Positions 1 to 12,799 of a stretch of DNA of 64,000 nt are shown piece after piece. Position 1 is the stretch's first letter; each line of letters begins with the position of its first letter. The DNA is from Somniosus microcephalus. Its lineage: Eukaryota. The stretch lies in assembly GCA_052327205.1 (NCBI GenBank), contig CM126207.1, positions 27,776,001 to 27,840,000 on the forward strand, written 5' to 3'. Made by a program: the position numbers and the translations under genes. The notes beneath the pieces are model-generated. The model did no database searches, was not told the DNA's origin, and saw only the letters and a list, made by a program, of their open reading frames with translations.

Positions 1-205
1 AAAAATCCCAGGCACCTTTTTAAAGCTTTGGGATTGTGTGGCAGGGGCAGTTCCTTTAGGGGGCGTAATCGGTCAGGGTCTGGTCCAATTACCCCATCTT
101 CCACCACACAGCTGAGGATACAGAGACGGGTTGTGTTGAAGACACATTTGTCTTCGTTGTAGGTTAGATTCAGCTTTAGGGCAGTTTTTAAAAATCTCGC
201 AAGAT

Positions 206-2023
206 TTAGATCGTGGTCTTGCTGGTTGTGCCCGCAGATAGTGACATTGTCCAGATAGCTTGTAGTTTATTCTCGTCAACCATGCGGTCCATCACACGTT
301 GGAAGACCGAGACCCCATTTGTTACCCCGAAGGGCACTCTGAGAAAATGGTAGAGGCGTCCGTTCGCCTCAAAGGCGGTGTATGGGCGGTCCTCCGTTCT
401 AATGGGGAGCTGGTGATACGCGGATTTGAGGTCGATAGTCGAGAAGACTCGGTATTGCGCAATCTGGTTGACCATTTCTGATATGCGGGGTAAAGGGTAG
501 GTGTCCAGCTGGGTATAAATATTAACAGTCTGGCTGTAGTCAATTACCATCCATTTCTTTTCGCTATTTTTAACTATGACTACTTGGGCACGCCACGGAC
601 TGGTACTGCATTCAATAATGCCTTCCCGCAGCAGTCTGTCCACTTCCGCCTTGATAAAGTGTCTGTCTTCCAGACTGTACCGTCTACTTTTGGTCGCTAT
701 GGGCCTACAGTTTGGAGCGAGATTAGCGAATAAAGAGGGCGGTCTGATTTTTAAGGTTGATAGGCCACAGACTGTGAGTGGCGGCTGGGACCCGCCGTAT
801 GCTAGCGTGACACTTTCGTGGTGGCACTGGAAGTCCAGGCCCAAGATTACATTAACACAGAGTTCTGGCATCACGAGGAGTTTAAAATCCTTGTAGTCTG
901 TGCCTTTTCCAGTCAGTGTTACCACACAGTAGCCCAAAATGTCTGAAGTGTGGGGCTTAGCAGCCATAGCAATTCTGCTCCGTGTAGGGGTTACCGTTAA
1001 TGAGTGCCGCCGTACCAGGCTAGGGTGGATAAAACTCTCGGTACTCCCACAGTCAATTAAACATTTCGTTAAATTCCCGTTTACCTGTATGTCCATCATG
1101 GATTTTGTCAACGGGTATGGCCTGGATTGATCCACCGTGATCGAAGCCACTGTTGGGCCCTGGGCGGCCGTTGAGTCGGGAAAAGATGGCGGATCCCAAG
1201 ATGGCGGCACGCACGAGGCGGTGACGGAGTTGGAAATCGGATTCCCCCTGCAGACTTTGCTAAAATGCCCCTTTTTCTTACATTTGAAGCATGTAGCGTC
1301 CTTCGCTGGGCATCGTTGTCTGGGGTGCTTGGCCTGGCCACAGAAGTAGCATTTCGGGCCTCGAGACATTGCCGCTGTAGTAGGACTCCTGTGTGGGGAC
1401 TCCGGCGGCGTAGAGCTGGTCTGAGACCTGGATGGGGAAGATGGCTGATTCCAAGATGGCGGCCCCCTCGGCGCGCACGAGGCGGTGAGGGCCGCATGGC
1501 CGGAAGAATAAGAGTCAGAGTTTTTCTGGGCCACGTCCAGCGATCGCGCAGTGGCCACTGCCTTTTTTAAGTCCAGGACCTCCTTCTCCAGCAGTCTCTG
1601 CCGGATATAATTCGATTTGAGGCCCGTGATGAAGGAATCGTGGACCAATTCGTCAGAGTACGCGTTGGCCGTCACGGCCTTGCAGTTACAGTCCCGGACC
1701 AGGTCCTTTAGGCCCTGTAAGAAATCGTCCATTGGTCGCTGCCTGCGTGTAGCCAGCAGATGTCTGGCGTACACTTCGTTTACCGGCCTCTGGTATTGGG
1801 CCTTCAGGATAGTGATGGCCTCCGTGTAAGAGGTGGCATCCCGGATGAACGAATAAATCCGATGACTTACGAGAGTAGTCAGTAGACTCAGTTTATCTAC
1901 CTCGCTAGCGGATGAGGCCCCCGCGAAGAGTTCGAAGCATTTGAGCCAGTTTCCAAATTGATTTGATGCTTCAGCAGAATGTGGATCCAAGTCCAGATGC
2001 TCTGGTTTTAGGAGTCGATCCAT
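206..2023 (-). pseudogene. Gypsy gag-pol, single fused ORF, frameshifted within RT
   Basis: Gag with two Cys/His knuckles (CYFCGQAKHPRQRC, CFKCKKKGHFSKVC), protease IDCGS, RT motifs SPWRAQVV, IDLKSAYHQ and PFGVTNG. After a small deletion near 255-262 another frame reads YLDNVTICGHNQQDHDLNL...GPDPDRLRPL...KRCLGF. Confidence 0.9.
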
Positions 2024-2048
2024 CCTAGTATTCTTTAGTGATTAAAAT

Positions 2049-2335
2049 TGATGGGCCTTCAATAACCACAAAACTAGAAGTTATAGATTTAAACAAGTTG
2101 GCTTTTAATCACTAAGATCAGAGCTAACATCTCAACACGCCGACTGGTTCACAGGAATGAGTCATACAGATCCTGGGATCTTTATGTAAGAGAAGTCAGG
2201 GGCGGAGCCAAGAGCCAAGACCTGGAACCTCCCAGGTTAGTCGGGAAAGAGGAAGTAAAACTATACACAGTGGGGGAGGGTAATATACATGAGTGCAAAA
2301 CGAATACAGGATCAAGACAAACAGATTTCATTACA
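2049..2335 (-). repeat. Putative 5' LTR of the Gypsy element
   Basis: TG...CA termini on the minus strand, a TATA-like CATAAA near 2181-2186 and ATTAAA near 2104-2109. The partner LTR is outside the window, so the outer boundary is unverified. Confidence 0.65.
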
Positions 2336-5300
2336 GTCTTCATATGAGTCCTCTGCCGTAGAACTAGTGTATGACCTCGCCCTCCGGCGAGCTTGCACCT
2401 GCACTTTCCTTTCCCCCCCACCCCAGCCCTGGCTCCTGCACAGTGTGTTTTTCAGTTTCAAACCCAGCAAGAGGAATTTTGAAATATAATTAACAGAATG
2501 CAGGGCATGGTAACTGGATGTTCTGCTACTGATGGTAGAGCGAAGGGAGGAGGATGCTCAGTAGCCCGGACCCTGAAGAGCAGAGAGTGTGAGCTGAGAT
2601 GTAAGGGTGGTGGAATTTTTTTTAGATGGTCTACTTGCTTTAAACCAACATCTATGCAAGAATTGTAACCGATCACTATTTTTCATGTCTAGGGGTTGTT
2701 TGCAAAGAATACTGGGGATTGAAATTTTTATAAAATAGACTCGCAGAAAAAAGCTTCAACGAGCCTAATTTTATGTATCTGGGGCTTGAGTTTGTGTGGG
2801 GGAGGGGAGGAGAAGATCCTCAACTCTCCTGACAGTCACCTTTCTTAAATTAGTTCTATCTGTATTGCAGTTCTATGCAGCATAAAACAAATTGAAAAAT
2901 TTTCAGACACATCTGTTTGGGTTGTGCAATAAGGCACCATAGGGGCATTTAGGACATCCTCAGCTTTGTTTCACTGATCTGAAAGTGCATTAAGTAACTA
3001 ACCCTGTCATTATAAATGTATGAATGTAATTATGCTCAGCTTCACTTTGTGGATTTTGTATAGGTGTCGGGAGCCTGGTTTTAATGTATGCTCTTGGTCC
3101 TCCAAGAAACATCCTTGCTAGTCAGTTATCCCTCCCTTTGAATAATGCGGTCACATAGGAATCATTAAGAATGAAGGAATCATATGTGCAACTGGAGAAT
3201 TTAGCCATAATCAGTGCAATAATGTCAGTGCTTTGGATTTCTTGCACATCAAGTGAGTAGAATCCCTCTTGATTAACTTAATGCATTGGATATTTAAGGA
3301 GAGGCCCATTTCCACAATGTGTATGCAGTCAGCCATTCCCGGTACCTTGGTAATTCAGTTGCGCAGAATTTCTGCTTTTTGGCAGTTGTTTTTAATTTTG
3401 CTTCAAAAAAACACATGAAACATGAAGAATGCACCATCGCAGCTTTGATAACTTGACATTGCGCTCCAAGAGATGCCTGTATAATTCCCTCCAGAGCTTA
3501 AACTTTTTGAGCAATGTGGATGTGCGTACTTACGTGGGTGCAGAAAAGGAGCTGGTATTGAATGGATGAGTTTACTGACCTGGATGTGATCGGGTTGGAG
3601 GGCAAGTCTGAGGCTGCCATCAGGATTATACTTGTCAGCAGCAGCCTTGTTGGGTTTGACGCTGGAAAACACACCCAAGATGAACAGGGCCACTCGAAGA
3701 CATTTTTCTGTTGGGCTTGTGGGCCTTTGCCATTTGGCTTGCTGAAGAACCGTCCTTTGGAGTTGATTTTTAGCCCATCAACTAGCAATTTTCATTCAGT
3801 CACACCCACCTGCAGAATGGCGTCTGGGAGCAGTGATGCGGGCGGGGGCGGGTGGGGGGAATGTAGTAGAAGATTTTAGAATTAGAAACAGTACCAAAAA
3901 GGACTAGATTACTGTACATTAGGAAAACTAGAATTCAAGTTTAAAAGGAAAGAGAGAAAGAATAAGTAGCAACTGAAAGATAAACGAACAGCTGAATGTC
4001 CAAAGCATTAGGTGTGATTGACTGAACACATTGTGCCACAGAATCAGCACTCAGCCTAATGGAGGAGGAAAGAAAATGTTCTTTTCTTTCTAACCTTTTG
4101 GGCAGCTTTAGAAATTCATAATATTTTAAGAGCACATTCAGTGGACACAGACTGTGGCAGTTCTCCCTCAGTGCCCAAGCTCCAGTTTTAATGAGCCAGC
4201 CACTGCAAGCTACACGGAAAAGGTCACTTGCATAATTCAGTTAGTTTCTCTGTAGGTGCACAAAGTGACACCTGTGGGAAGGTTTGCGCAAAGATGCCAA
4301 AGATTTTTATGAATAGGGAAAGGTACACTGAATCTCTCAATCTCTTGCATGCATTGTGGCTGCTGTTCAGTCCAGCCAACCTTGCTTTCACAACTGGCTC
4401 GATATGCCCGCACTCTGTGAGGCACATAATTGGACTGAATAGGCAAAGGGCATCTTGCTTGTCTTGATCCATAATGGTTTCAATTCAGCATTTATAACAT
4501 ACAGAGGAACTACATTTTCCTGTAATTCGTGGTCAAAAATGAACGGATAAAAACCCAGGTCCTGACGTCACAAATCCAATATTCCTTCAAGTTCTACATT
4601 ATAAAAATCAATGTTGCTTAAAGTGCTATGTCATAAAATCGATATTCCTTTAAGCCTTATGTTGTGCGGCATCTTCTCCGTGGTAATGGCACTACAGTGT
4701 AAGACAAAGAATTGCAGAGAAAATTCACTACTTTTTGTATATTATAAACAGAAGCTGATATTCTCACTGAATTCTCAGACAATAATCCATTTTCGATTTC
4801 AGATGTGTGAGTTTCACCCTCTGACACCATCTGAACTCGTCAGCCAGCATTCTTTATCCTTTGTGAACAGGGGTGAGCAATGGTGTATTACATTTTGGAC
4901 AGTGCAATGTTCATTCAGAGAGAGAGTCTAAAAATATCAAATTGCTACAACAAGAATTGCATTAACTTTAATACTCTTACATTAGTTTATGTTTAAACAA
5001 TTTGTACTGTTGACAGTTTCAGGATGGGAGAAGAAATTGATTGTGCTCAGATGCTAAATTGACATTAGTAGATATCTATTTACTCAATGTTCTTTAGTGA
5101 TTTTCTGCTGTCATTTTGACAGTGTTATGGTCGAGCTTTTTAAGCACCACTTGGGTGTCAACAAGCCCACATCAAGTGGGCTGCACCTTTCAAAAGCTGG
5201 AAGTGTATGTCCTGAGTTACCTTATTTAGCAATGAGACTGCAGACTGAAATTCATGTAATGTTCTCACTACATCTCCTGTCTCAGAAAATGGGAAGTATC

Positions 5301-5424
5301 ACACTTAGAACCCAATTAGTACAGCCTAAATCTACTTACAGTAAATCAAATATATTTACACATCATGAATTCCCAGAAATAAAGCTATTAAACCAATACA
5401 ATACAGCACAATATCTGTTTCTAA

Positions 5425-5527
5425 AATAACAACAGAAAATGCTGGAAACACTCAGCAGGTCAGGCAGCATCTGTGGAGAGAGAAACAGAGTTATCGCTTC
5501 AGCTTGATAACCCTTTGTCAGAACTGC
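5425..5527 (-). mobile_element. Penelope-like element terminal fragment
   Basis: AACAGAAAATGCTGGAAACACTCAGCAGGTCAGGCAGCATC is the reverse complement of the ends of the Penelope remnants at 15366-15830 and 46784-47266. Confidence 0.7.
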
Positions 5528-6020
5528 TGGTGAAAATAACAATGCTGTTTTGGCAATAACGAACTCTCGTAATATTTCCCCAAACTATATGCAGGAGTTA
5601 AGTGCTGCAGATTGTTGAAGCACTCTTTCAAAATGCAATGTTGCAACTTAAAAGTACAGTGGTTAAAGTGTCGCTGAGCTCCTCATACCTTGCAGCTTTT
5701 CACTCATATTTTGAGCACATAGCCCCCGTCAAAAGAATGTCCTTATCTTAACTAATTTCTAACCAAACACAATCGATCTATTCTTGCAGTCAGCCCTCTC
5801 TGGACTGCCATTTTAAACTTAAGGAGGAATAGTAATCATTTTAAAATGAGTTAATATTGCCTTTTAAAACTATGCAAGTCTTTAAGGTAAAATGTCCTAT
5901 TTTTGTCAGTCATGTCAATTCATACCCCTCACACCACTGAATTCAGTAAACTCATTTCTCCTGATGTTGCCCAGTTAACCAAAAATGTCTGAAGTGGACA
6001 GAAACAATGAATCGATATTT

Positions 6021-6167
6021 ACATAGAAACATAGAAGATAGGAGCAGGAGTAGGCCATTCGGCCCCTCAAGCCTGCTCCACCATTCAATGCGATCATGGC
6101 TGATCATCCAAACTCAGTACCCTGTCCCTGCTTTCTCCCCATATCCCTTGATCCCCTTAGCTTTAAG
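6021..6167 (-). mobile_element. CR1 3' tail fragment
   Basis: Reverse complement of the CR1 3' end seen at about 19790-19928. Confidence 0.85.
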
Positions 6168-6819
6168 TTGGTCAGTAGTCATGATTCTTTTGAAATATTT
6201 GACTTTTTAAAATGTGTCTTCACTATGACATTGCCAACCTCTTTGCTTTACACTTCACTGATCTGTGCACCTCTCGACTTCTATATCACCAGACCCTGCA
6301 ACCTCCCCATCTCCTGAGTTATTTTGTGACCTTTCTGGGTCCTGTCTTTAAATGCACTCATTTATTTTTCAAGCCTCCAGCCTTGGCCTGTAACAATTAA
6401 ATGTTAAGTCAAATTTGAGAGCAATGCTGTCCGTTCTGGAAGTCGGAAGTTCAGTTCCCAAGCACCACATCACTTGTAATTGATCTAAGATGATTAAAAA
6501 AAACATGGAATGAGAAAAGGCGATTTGGCTCTTGCCTGCTCTTATCACAGCCAGTCTACCATATCATGGATCTTACCTCACCGATTTAATTCCTCTGAAA
6601 GTTCTGCATTAATACTCCATGATCTCCATGTGAAATTTCAGCTACCTTTCTAATATCATCTCTCTGCTATTCAGTTCTAGCCTGCTTCCCTCCACGGACA
6701 CCCCGTGCCCCTGTTGACCCCAGCACAGGAACTATTCCATGAAGCCTCTACTTACCCCTATTACCTTAAGCACCTGGTTTGGAACAAAGCTGATCAGCAT
6801 TTTATTTTGAAAGGGTTAT

Positions 6820-6918
6820 AAATAAAAATAGAAAATGCTGGAAATACTCAGCATGTCAGGCAGCATCTATGGAGCGAGAGAAACAGAGTTAACGTTTCAG
6901 GTCAATGACCTTTCATCT
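6820..6918 (-). mobile_element. Penelope-like terminal fragment with partial hammerhead-like motif
   Basis: Same family as 5425-5527. Minus strand reads ATGAAAGGTCATTGACCTGAAACGTTAACTCT. Confidence 0.7.
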
Positions 6919-7175
6919 ACCACTCCAACTTATTTCAGTAAATTAGAATTGTGCGATACAAATATATTTCATTTTGAAAATAGCTAGAGAATAGAACCAT
7001 TCAGCTGTTGGACAGTGAATTAGATGAATGTTCCATATGTAAGCCTTTCAAATTTATATCTTTGTAAATGAAGCCTTGCTTCGTAAAACAGTTCCTTGGT
7101 ACGAACAAGCAGAAAAAATACACGAAAACTGTTAAAATCATCACCATCTGCTCAAAAGACCTACAGCCAAACTTT

Positions 7176-8020
7176 GGGCGGAATCTTAGCTGGAAGGCCG
7201 AGTTCGAGCCGGGACTGCTAGTTTTCGGGTTCCAGTCCCACCCCCAGCGACGTCTGATGAGCTGACGCTATTTTCCCCTGCGGGCTTGCTGGCCAATTAA
7301 GGGAAAGCTGGTGTCAGATGACGTCAGTTGATGACGCTTCATCTGCTGGTTTTCTTAAAGGCATGTGCACCACACTTGTTTGACAGATGATTTGACAGTG
7401 TTTGACAGCATTAAGGTGCCGTCAAACACTGACAATCACTGTCCAAAGGTGAGCCCTTGCACCCAGGCTCTCCAATTACTCTCTCCTTAGGATAAAACAG
7501 ATGGCAGCTGCAGCTGAGATTGCAGAAGCCATCTGTCACTTCTCCCGATGAGATGAGCCTACACAAACAATTCACAGCTTGTCACCTGCAGAAACATTTA
7601 ACGACAATAAAAATTACTTTCACAACATTTCCTTACCTCTGATACTCACCAGTGTCCCATTGAATCATTTAAACCACTTCTGCAGCTGTCATATATACAC
7701 AAAAATTACAGTAGACCCACATCACGCCTCACTTACCCTGGTGGGGTTCCCCGATGTCGGGCAGCCCACAGCAGCAGTGGAAAAATGAGAAAAAGCCTCT
7801 TTAATTGCCTGTTAGCTACCTCTTAACATGCAGTTAAGTGGCTGTAATCCTTTTCCCGCCTCTAGGAGTTGGGACCCTGCGCAAATCGGGGACCCGACTC
7901 CCGGGAAGATTGGCTGGAGGCGGGTTGGGAGCAGGTTCGGGACCCACTCCCATTTTGGGGGATTTTCCCAGCAGTCCCGCCTCCAGACACACCTCCTCGG
8001 GGCTGGTAAAATCCAGCCCC
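7176..8020. mobile_element. Non-autonomous Harbinger-like DNA transposon
   Basis: Imperfect TIRs GGGCGGAATCTT / AAAATCCAGCCC. Internal sequence resembles, in reverse orientation, the element at 13671-14549. Confidence 0.55.
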
Positions 8021-8720
8021 TTGAGTCCTCCAACTAATTGATCTTAAGTAGCCACAGCTAATGGGAGCATTGCTGCTTCCACTGCATGCATCCCTGCCTT
8101 TCATGGTAAAGTATATCATCTATCCTTTCATAAACATTTGTTTTTAAAGACCTTGAGCGCCACAGCTATGACTTAAGGAAAGCCATCAACCAAGCTAGCC
8201 AGTCCTATAAATCAGGGTCTTAATTTGCTGGCTCACTGTTACGCTGTTGCTTGTTAGAATGTCTTTGTGAATTCATTCAAACAAGCCATGTATCACATTT
8301 ACCGAGCTTCCCATAATACTTCATTACAGTAAGGCAATGTGTGGACAATGGAGGCACCCACAGCAGATACAGTTAGCTCAGACTCTGTGTGTCAGATGAA
8401 GCCTTTTGGTTACTGTTTCTTGCTCCACTGAGCATGAGATTACAGGACATATCTATGTATATTGGGAATACACCACGACAGCATTTTGGAGAATAACTGC
8501 TTTCTGCTTGTCAACTGTAACTGCAGTTCCAAATTGTAACGTGGATTGGTCATGCACATATCCCATTGCTGAAGCTGGACTAAAGGGCAGATATATTATT
8601 CAGAGTCTTTGATACTCCCTCACCCCAAGGGGATAAGAAGAAGTGCAGATGATTAGGCCTTGGCCTTTGAAGCCCCAGTGGCTGAGAATGAGCCATTTGA
8701 TGGCGTGAATTAAAGCTAAT

Positions 8721-9454
8721 GGGCCAGAATTTGCTGTTGAAATAACGGTAAGGCTAATGGCGCTCATTGTTATTTATGTGTAAATGGTACAGCAGCTTCA
8801 GGCGAGGAGCAGAAGAGCAGTTAAATGTGACTATCCAAAAGTTACTGCCCAAGCTGGCTTTGCGATAACAGCATCTCACCCTTAGCCTCCCTGTTTTTTT
8901 AAGAACTTGCTGTATTTGCCCAGTAATTGCCAATTAACCCCGCCACAGAAAGTAAAGTCTTGTCATTACAAGTCTTTTAACACCGTGTTAAGTATTAATG
9001 ACTGCCAATCAACCTCTCTGGCACTGAAAGTTAACTCTTTCAACTGTGGAGTCTCATTCCTTCAGGTTCTTAATTTTTTGGGGACCTTTTAAAAATGTCA
9101 ATTTTTCTTTTACTTTTCCTATCTGTCTCTCTTTCTCTCTCTCTTAATTCAATCTTTCTTTCCCTCACTTTATTTCTTTTCCTGTACCTGATTTGACATT
9201 GAATTCACCCATTCTAATTTACACTTCCTTCTCAGTCTTTCCTGTGTTTATTTCCCAAACCTTAAATTTCATTGGTTAAGGAGAAACCCTGTTGGTTGCC
9301 CTGTTCACTCAGGTCTCAGATGCCCTATTTCCCTTGTTATCAGCTCACACTTTCAGCCACTTTGTGGGCAAAAAATGTTTGAGCTGAAGGGTGCAGGGGC
9401 AAATCTAACTAAATGGCAGATGCGTTAGATGCCCTGCTACAGCAAAATTAGGGC
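8721..9454. mobile_element. Non-autonomous Harbinger-like element abutting a CR1 insertion
   Basis: Imperfect TIRs GGGCCAGAATTTGCTG / CAGCAAAATTAGGGC. Confidence 0.5.
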
Positions 9455-12400
9455 TGGTGTGGGAGAAATGGGTTTTGCTTCCTGGGACACTGGCACCAGT
9501 ACTGGGGCAGAAGGGAGCTGTTCCGTTGGGACGGGCTTCACTTGGCCAGTGCTGGGACTAGAGTCCTGGCAGATCATATAACTAGGGCTGTAGAGAGGGC
9601 TTTAAACTAACTAATGGGGGGGAGGTTCCTAGAGAGCAAATAATAAAAATGACAACAGAGAAGGTCATAGACTTAGGTAGCAGTGGGGAAATTAAAAACC
9701 AGAGCGTGTCAGGAAGGGGCAGAAGGTATGGAGTAAAAGGTAAAGTAATAAAAAGGGCAAAAGCAGGAACTAAGTGTCACAAAACATATTTGAAAGTTCT
9801 CTATCTGAATGCACGTAGCATTCGTAACAAAATAGACGAGTTAATGGCACAAATAACTACATATGGGTATGATCTTGTGGCCATTACAGAAACATGGCTG
9901 CAGGGTGACAATGCCTGGGAATTAAACCTACCAGGTTATTTAACGATCAGGAAGGACAGGCAGGAAGGAAGGGGAGGTGGGGTGGCTATGTTAATAAAGG
10001 AAGGAATCACTGTAATACAGAGAAATGATATTGGGTCAAAAGATCAGGATAATGAAACAGTTTGGGTGGAGGTAAGGAATAATAAGGGGAAAAAAACACT
10101 AGTGGGCGTAGTCTATACGCCTCCGAACAGTTGCAACTCTGTTGGACGGAGTATCAATCAGGAAATAGTTGAGGTTTGTAATAAGGGAGCATCTATAATT
10201 ATGGGGGATTTTAACAATCATATTAATTGGACAAATCAAATTGGGCAGGGCTGCCTTGAGGATGAGTTCATTGAGTGTATTAGGGATGGGTTTCTTGAGC
10301 AGTATGTAACTGAACCGACCAGGGGGCAAGCAACCTTAGATCTGGTCCTGTGTAACGAGACAGGATTAATTAAAAATGTCCTAGTAAAGGATCCCCTTGG
10401 AATGAGTGACCATAACATGGTTGAATTCCATATTCAATTAGAGGGTGAGCAGGTTGGATCTCAAACAAACGTGCTAAGCTTGAATAAAGGAGACTATGAA
10501 GGTATGAGAGTGGAATTGAGTAGAGTGGATTGGGAAAATAGATTAAAGGGTAAGAAGATACATGATCAGTGGTGTACATTTAAGGAGTTATTTTACAACT
10601 TCCAAAAAAAATATATTCCACTGAGAAGAAAAGGGTGTAAAAGAAAAGACAGCCATCCGTGGCTAAGTAAAGAAATTAAGGATAGTATTCGACTAAAAAC
10701 AAGGGCATATAAGGTAGCCAAATCTAGTGGGAGGATAGAGGATTGGGAAAACTTTAAAAGACAGCAAAAAAATAACAAAAAGATTGATTAAGAAAGGGAA
10801 GATAGATAATGAAAGTAAATTAGCAAAAAATATAAAAACAGATAGTAAGAGTTTTTATAGTTATATAAAAAAAAAGGGTGGCTAAAGTAAATGTTGGTCC
10901 CTTAGAGAATGAGACCGGGAAATTAATGGTGGGAAATATGGAGATGGCAAAAACACTGAATGAATATTTTGTATCAGTCTTTACAGTAGAGGACACTAAG
11001 AATATCCCAACACTGGACAAACAGGGGGCTATGGGGGGGAGGAGCTAAACACGATCAAAATCACTAAGGAAGTGGTACTTGGTAAAATAATGGGACTCAA
11101 GGCGGATAAATCACCTGGACCTGATGGCTTACATCCTAGGGTCTTGAGGGAAGTGGCGGTAGGGATTGTGGATGCATTGGTAATAATTTTCCAAAACTCC
11201 CTGGACTCCGCAAAGGTCCCGGCAGACTGGAAAACTGCTAATGTAACACCCTTATTTAAAAAGGGCAGTAGACAGAAGGCTGGAAACTATAGACCGGTTA
11301 GCCGAACATCTGTGGTAGGTAAAATTTTGGAGTCCATTATTAAGGAGACAGTAACAGGACATTTGGATAATCATCATTTAATAGGACAAAGTCAGCATGG
11401 TTTTATGAAGGGGAAGTCATGTTTGACAAATTTGCTGGAGTTCTTTGAGGAAGTAACATATAGGGTGGATAAAGGGGAACCAGTGGACGTAGTGTATTTA
11501 GACTTCCAAAAGGCATTTGACAAGGTGCCACACAAAAGATTATTGCTTAAGATAAAAAATCACGGGATTGGGGGTAATATTCTGGCATGGATAGAGGATT
11601 GGCTATCTAACAGAAGGCAGAGAGTTGGGATAAATGGTTCATTCTCAGACTGGCAATCAGTAACTAGTGGTGTTCCGCAGGGGTCGGTGCTGGGTCCCCA
11701 ACTCTTTACAATCTATATTAACGATTTGGAGGAGGGGACCGAGTGTAACGTATCAAAGTTTGCAGATGATACTAAGATGGGAGGGAAAGTAGTGAGTGAG
11801 GAGGACATAAAAAGTCTGCAAGGGGACATAGACAGGCTAAGTAAGTGGGCAGAGATTTGGCAGATGGAATACAATACTGGAAAGTGTGAGGTTATGCACT
11901 TTGGCAGGAAAAATCGTAGAGCAAGCTATTATCTTAATGGCAAGAAAGTGGAAAGTACTGAAGTACAAAGGGATCTGGGGGCCCTGGTGCACGAAACTCA
12001 AAAGGTTAGTATGCAGGTGCAGCAAGTGATTAAGAAGGCCAATGGAATGTTGGCTTTCATTGCTAGGGGGATAGAATATAAAAATAGGGATGTATTGCTT
12101 CAGTTGTACAAGGTATTGGTGAGACCGCACCTGGAATACTGCATACAGTTTTGGTGTCCATACTTAAGAAAAGACATACTTGCTCTCGAGTTAGTACAAA
12201 GAAGGTTCACTCGGTTAATCCCGGGGATGAGGGGATGGACATATGAGGAGAGGTTGAGTAGATTGGGACTCTACTCATTGGAGTTCAGAAGAATGAGAGG
12301 CGATCTTATTGAAACATATAAGATTGTGAAGGGGTTGGATCGGGTGGATGTGGGGAGGATGTTCCCGATGATGGGTGAAACTAGAGCTAGGGGGCATAGT

Positions 12401-12799
12401 CTTAGAATAAGGGGCTGCTCTTTCAAAACTGAGATGAGGAGGAACTACTTCACTCAGAGGGTGGTAGGTCCATGGAATATGCTGCCCCAAAAAGCTGTAG
12501 AAGCTACATCATTACATAAATTTAAAACAGAAATAGACAGTTTCCCAGAAGTAAAGGGAATTAGGACATGAGTCTAGGTTCGGATCGGACATGGCCCTGT
12601 GGGTAGCGGAGCGGGCCCAGGGGCCGTGTAGCCTGATCCTGCTCCTATTTCGTGTGTCTAATTCTGTTAGATTCAGGAGATGGTTCTGTGATAGTAGATT
12701 GGCGGTTAGGATCAGATCAGCCATGATCTTATTAAATGGCGGAGCAGGCTCGAGGGGCCGATTGGCCTACTCCTGCTCCTATTTCTTATGTGCTTATGT
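9454..12799 (+). mobile_element. CR1 LINE, 5'-truncated (copy 1)
   Basis: Starts in the ORF1 C-terminus (matches 32579 onward). ORF2 EN+RT is split by frameshifts. Ends in the CR1 stem-loop tail CTACTCCTGCTCCTATTTCTTATGTGCTTATG. Confidence 0.95.
9649..12571 (+). pseudogene. CR1 ORF2 (APE endonuclease + reverse transcriptase), frameshifted
   Basis: ORFs 9649-10791 (YLNARS, ITETW, MGDFN, SDHN) and 11072-12571 (DFQKAFD, GVPQGSVLGP, FADD). The breaks lie at A/G homopolymer runs. Confidence 0.92.

Larger units (their letters stand above)
1..2335 (-). mobile_element. Gypsy (Mag-like) LTR retrotransposon, 5' part; continues past the window start
   Basis: Putative 5' LTR at 2335-2049 (minus strand TGTAATG...CATCA), followed by a gag-protease-RT ORF. 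RT coding continues in another frame to position 1. Confidence 0.9.

Noticed and set aside
3403-3879. Three overlapping ORFs of about 100 aa on both strands (possible nested gene exon)
   Set aside because: No recognisable domain and no convincing splice sites in a consistent frame.
4224-4472. Overlapping short ORFs in apparently unique sequence
   Set aside because: No similarity to NHE9 or any protein I recognise. It could be conserved non-coding DNA, but that cannot be tested here.
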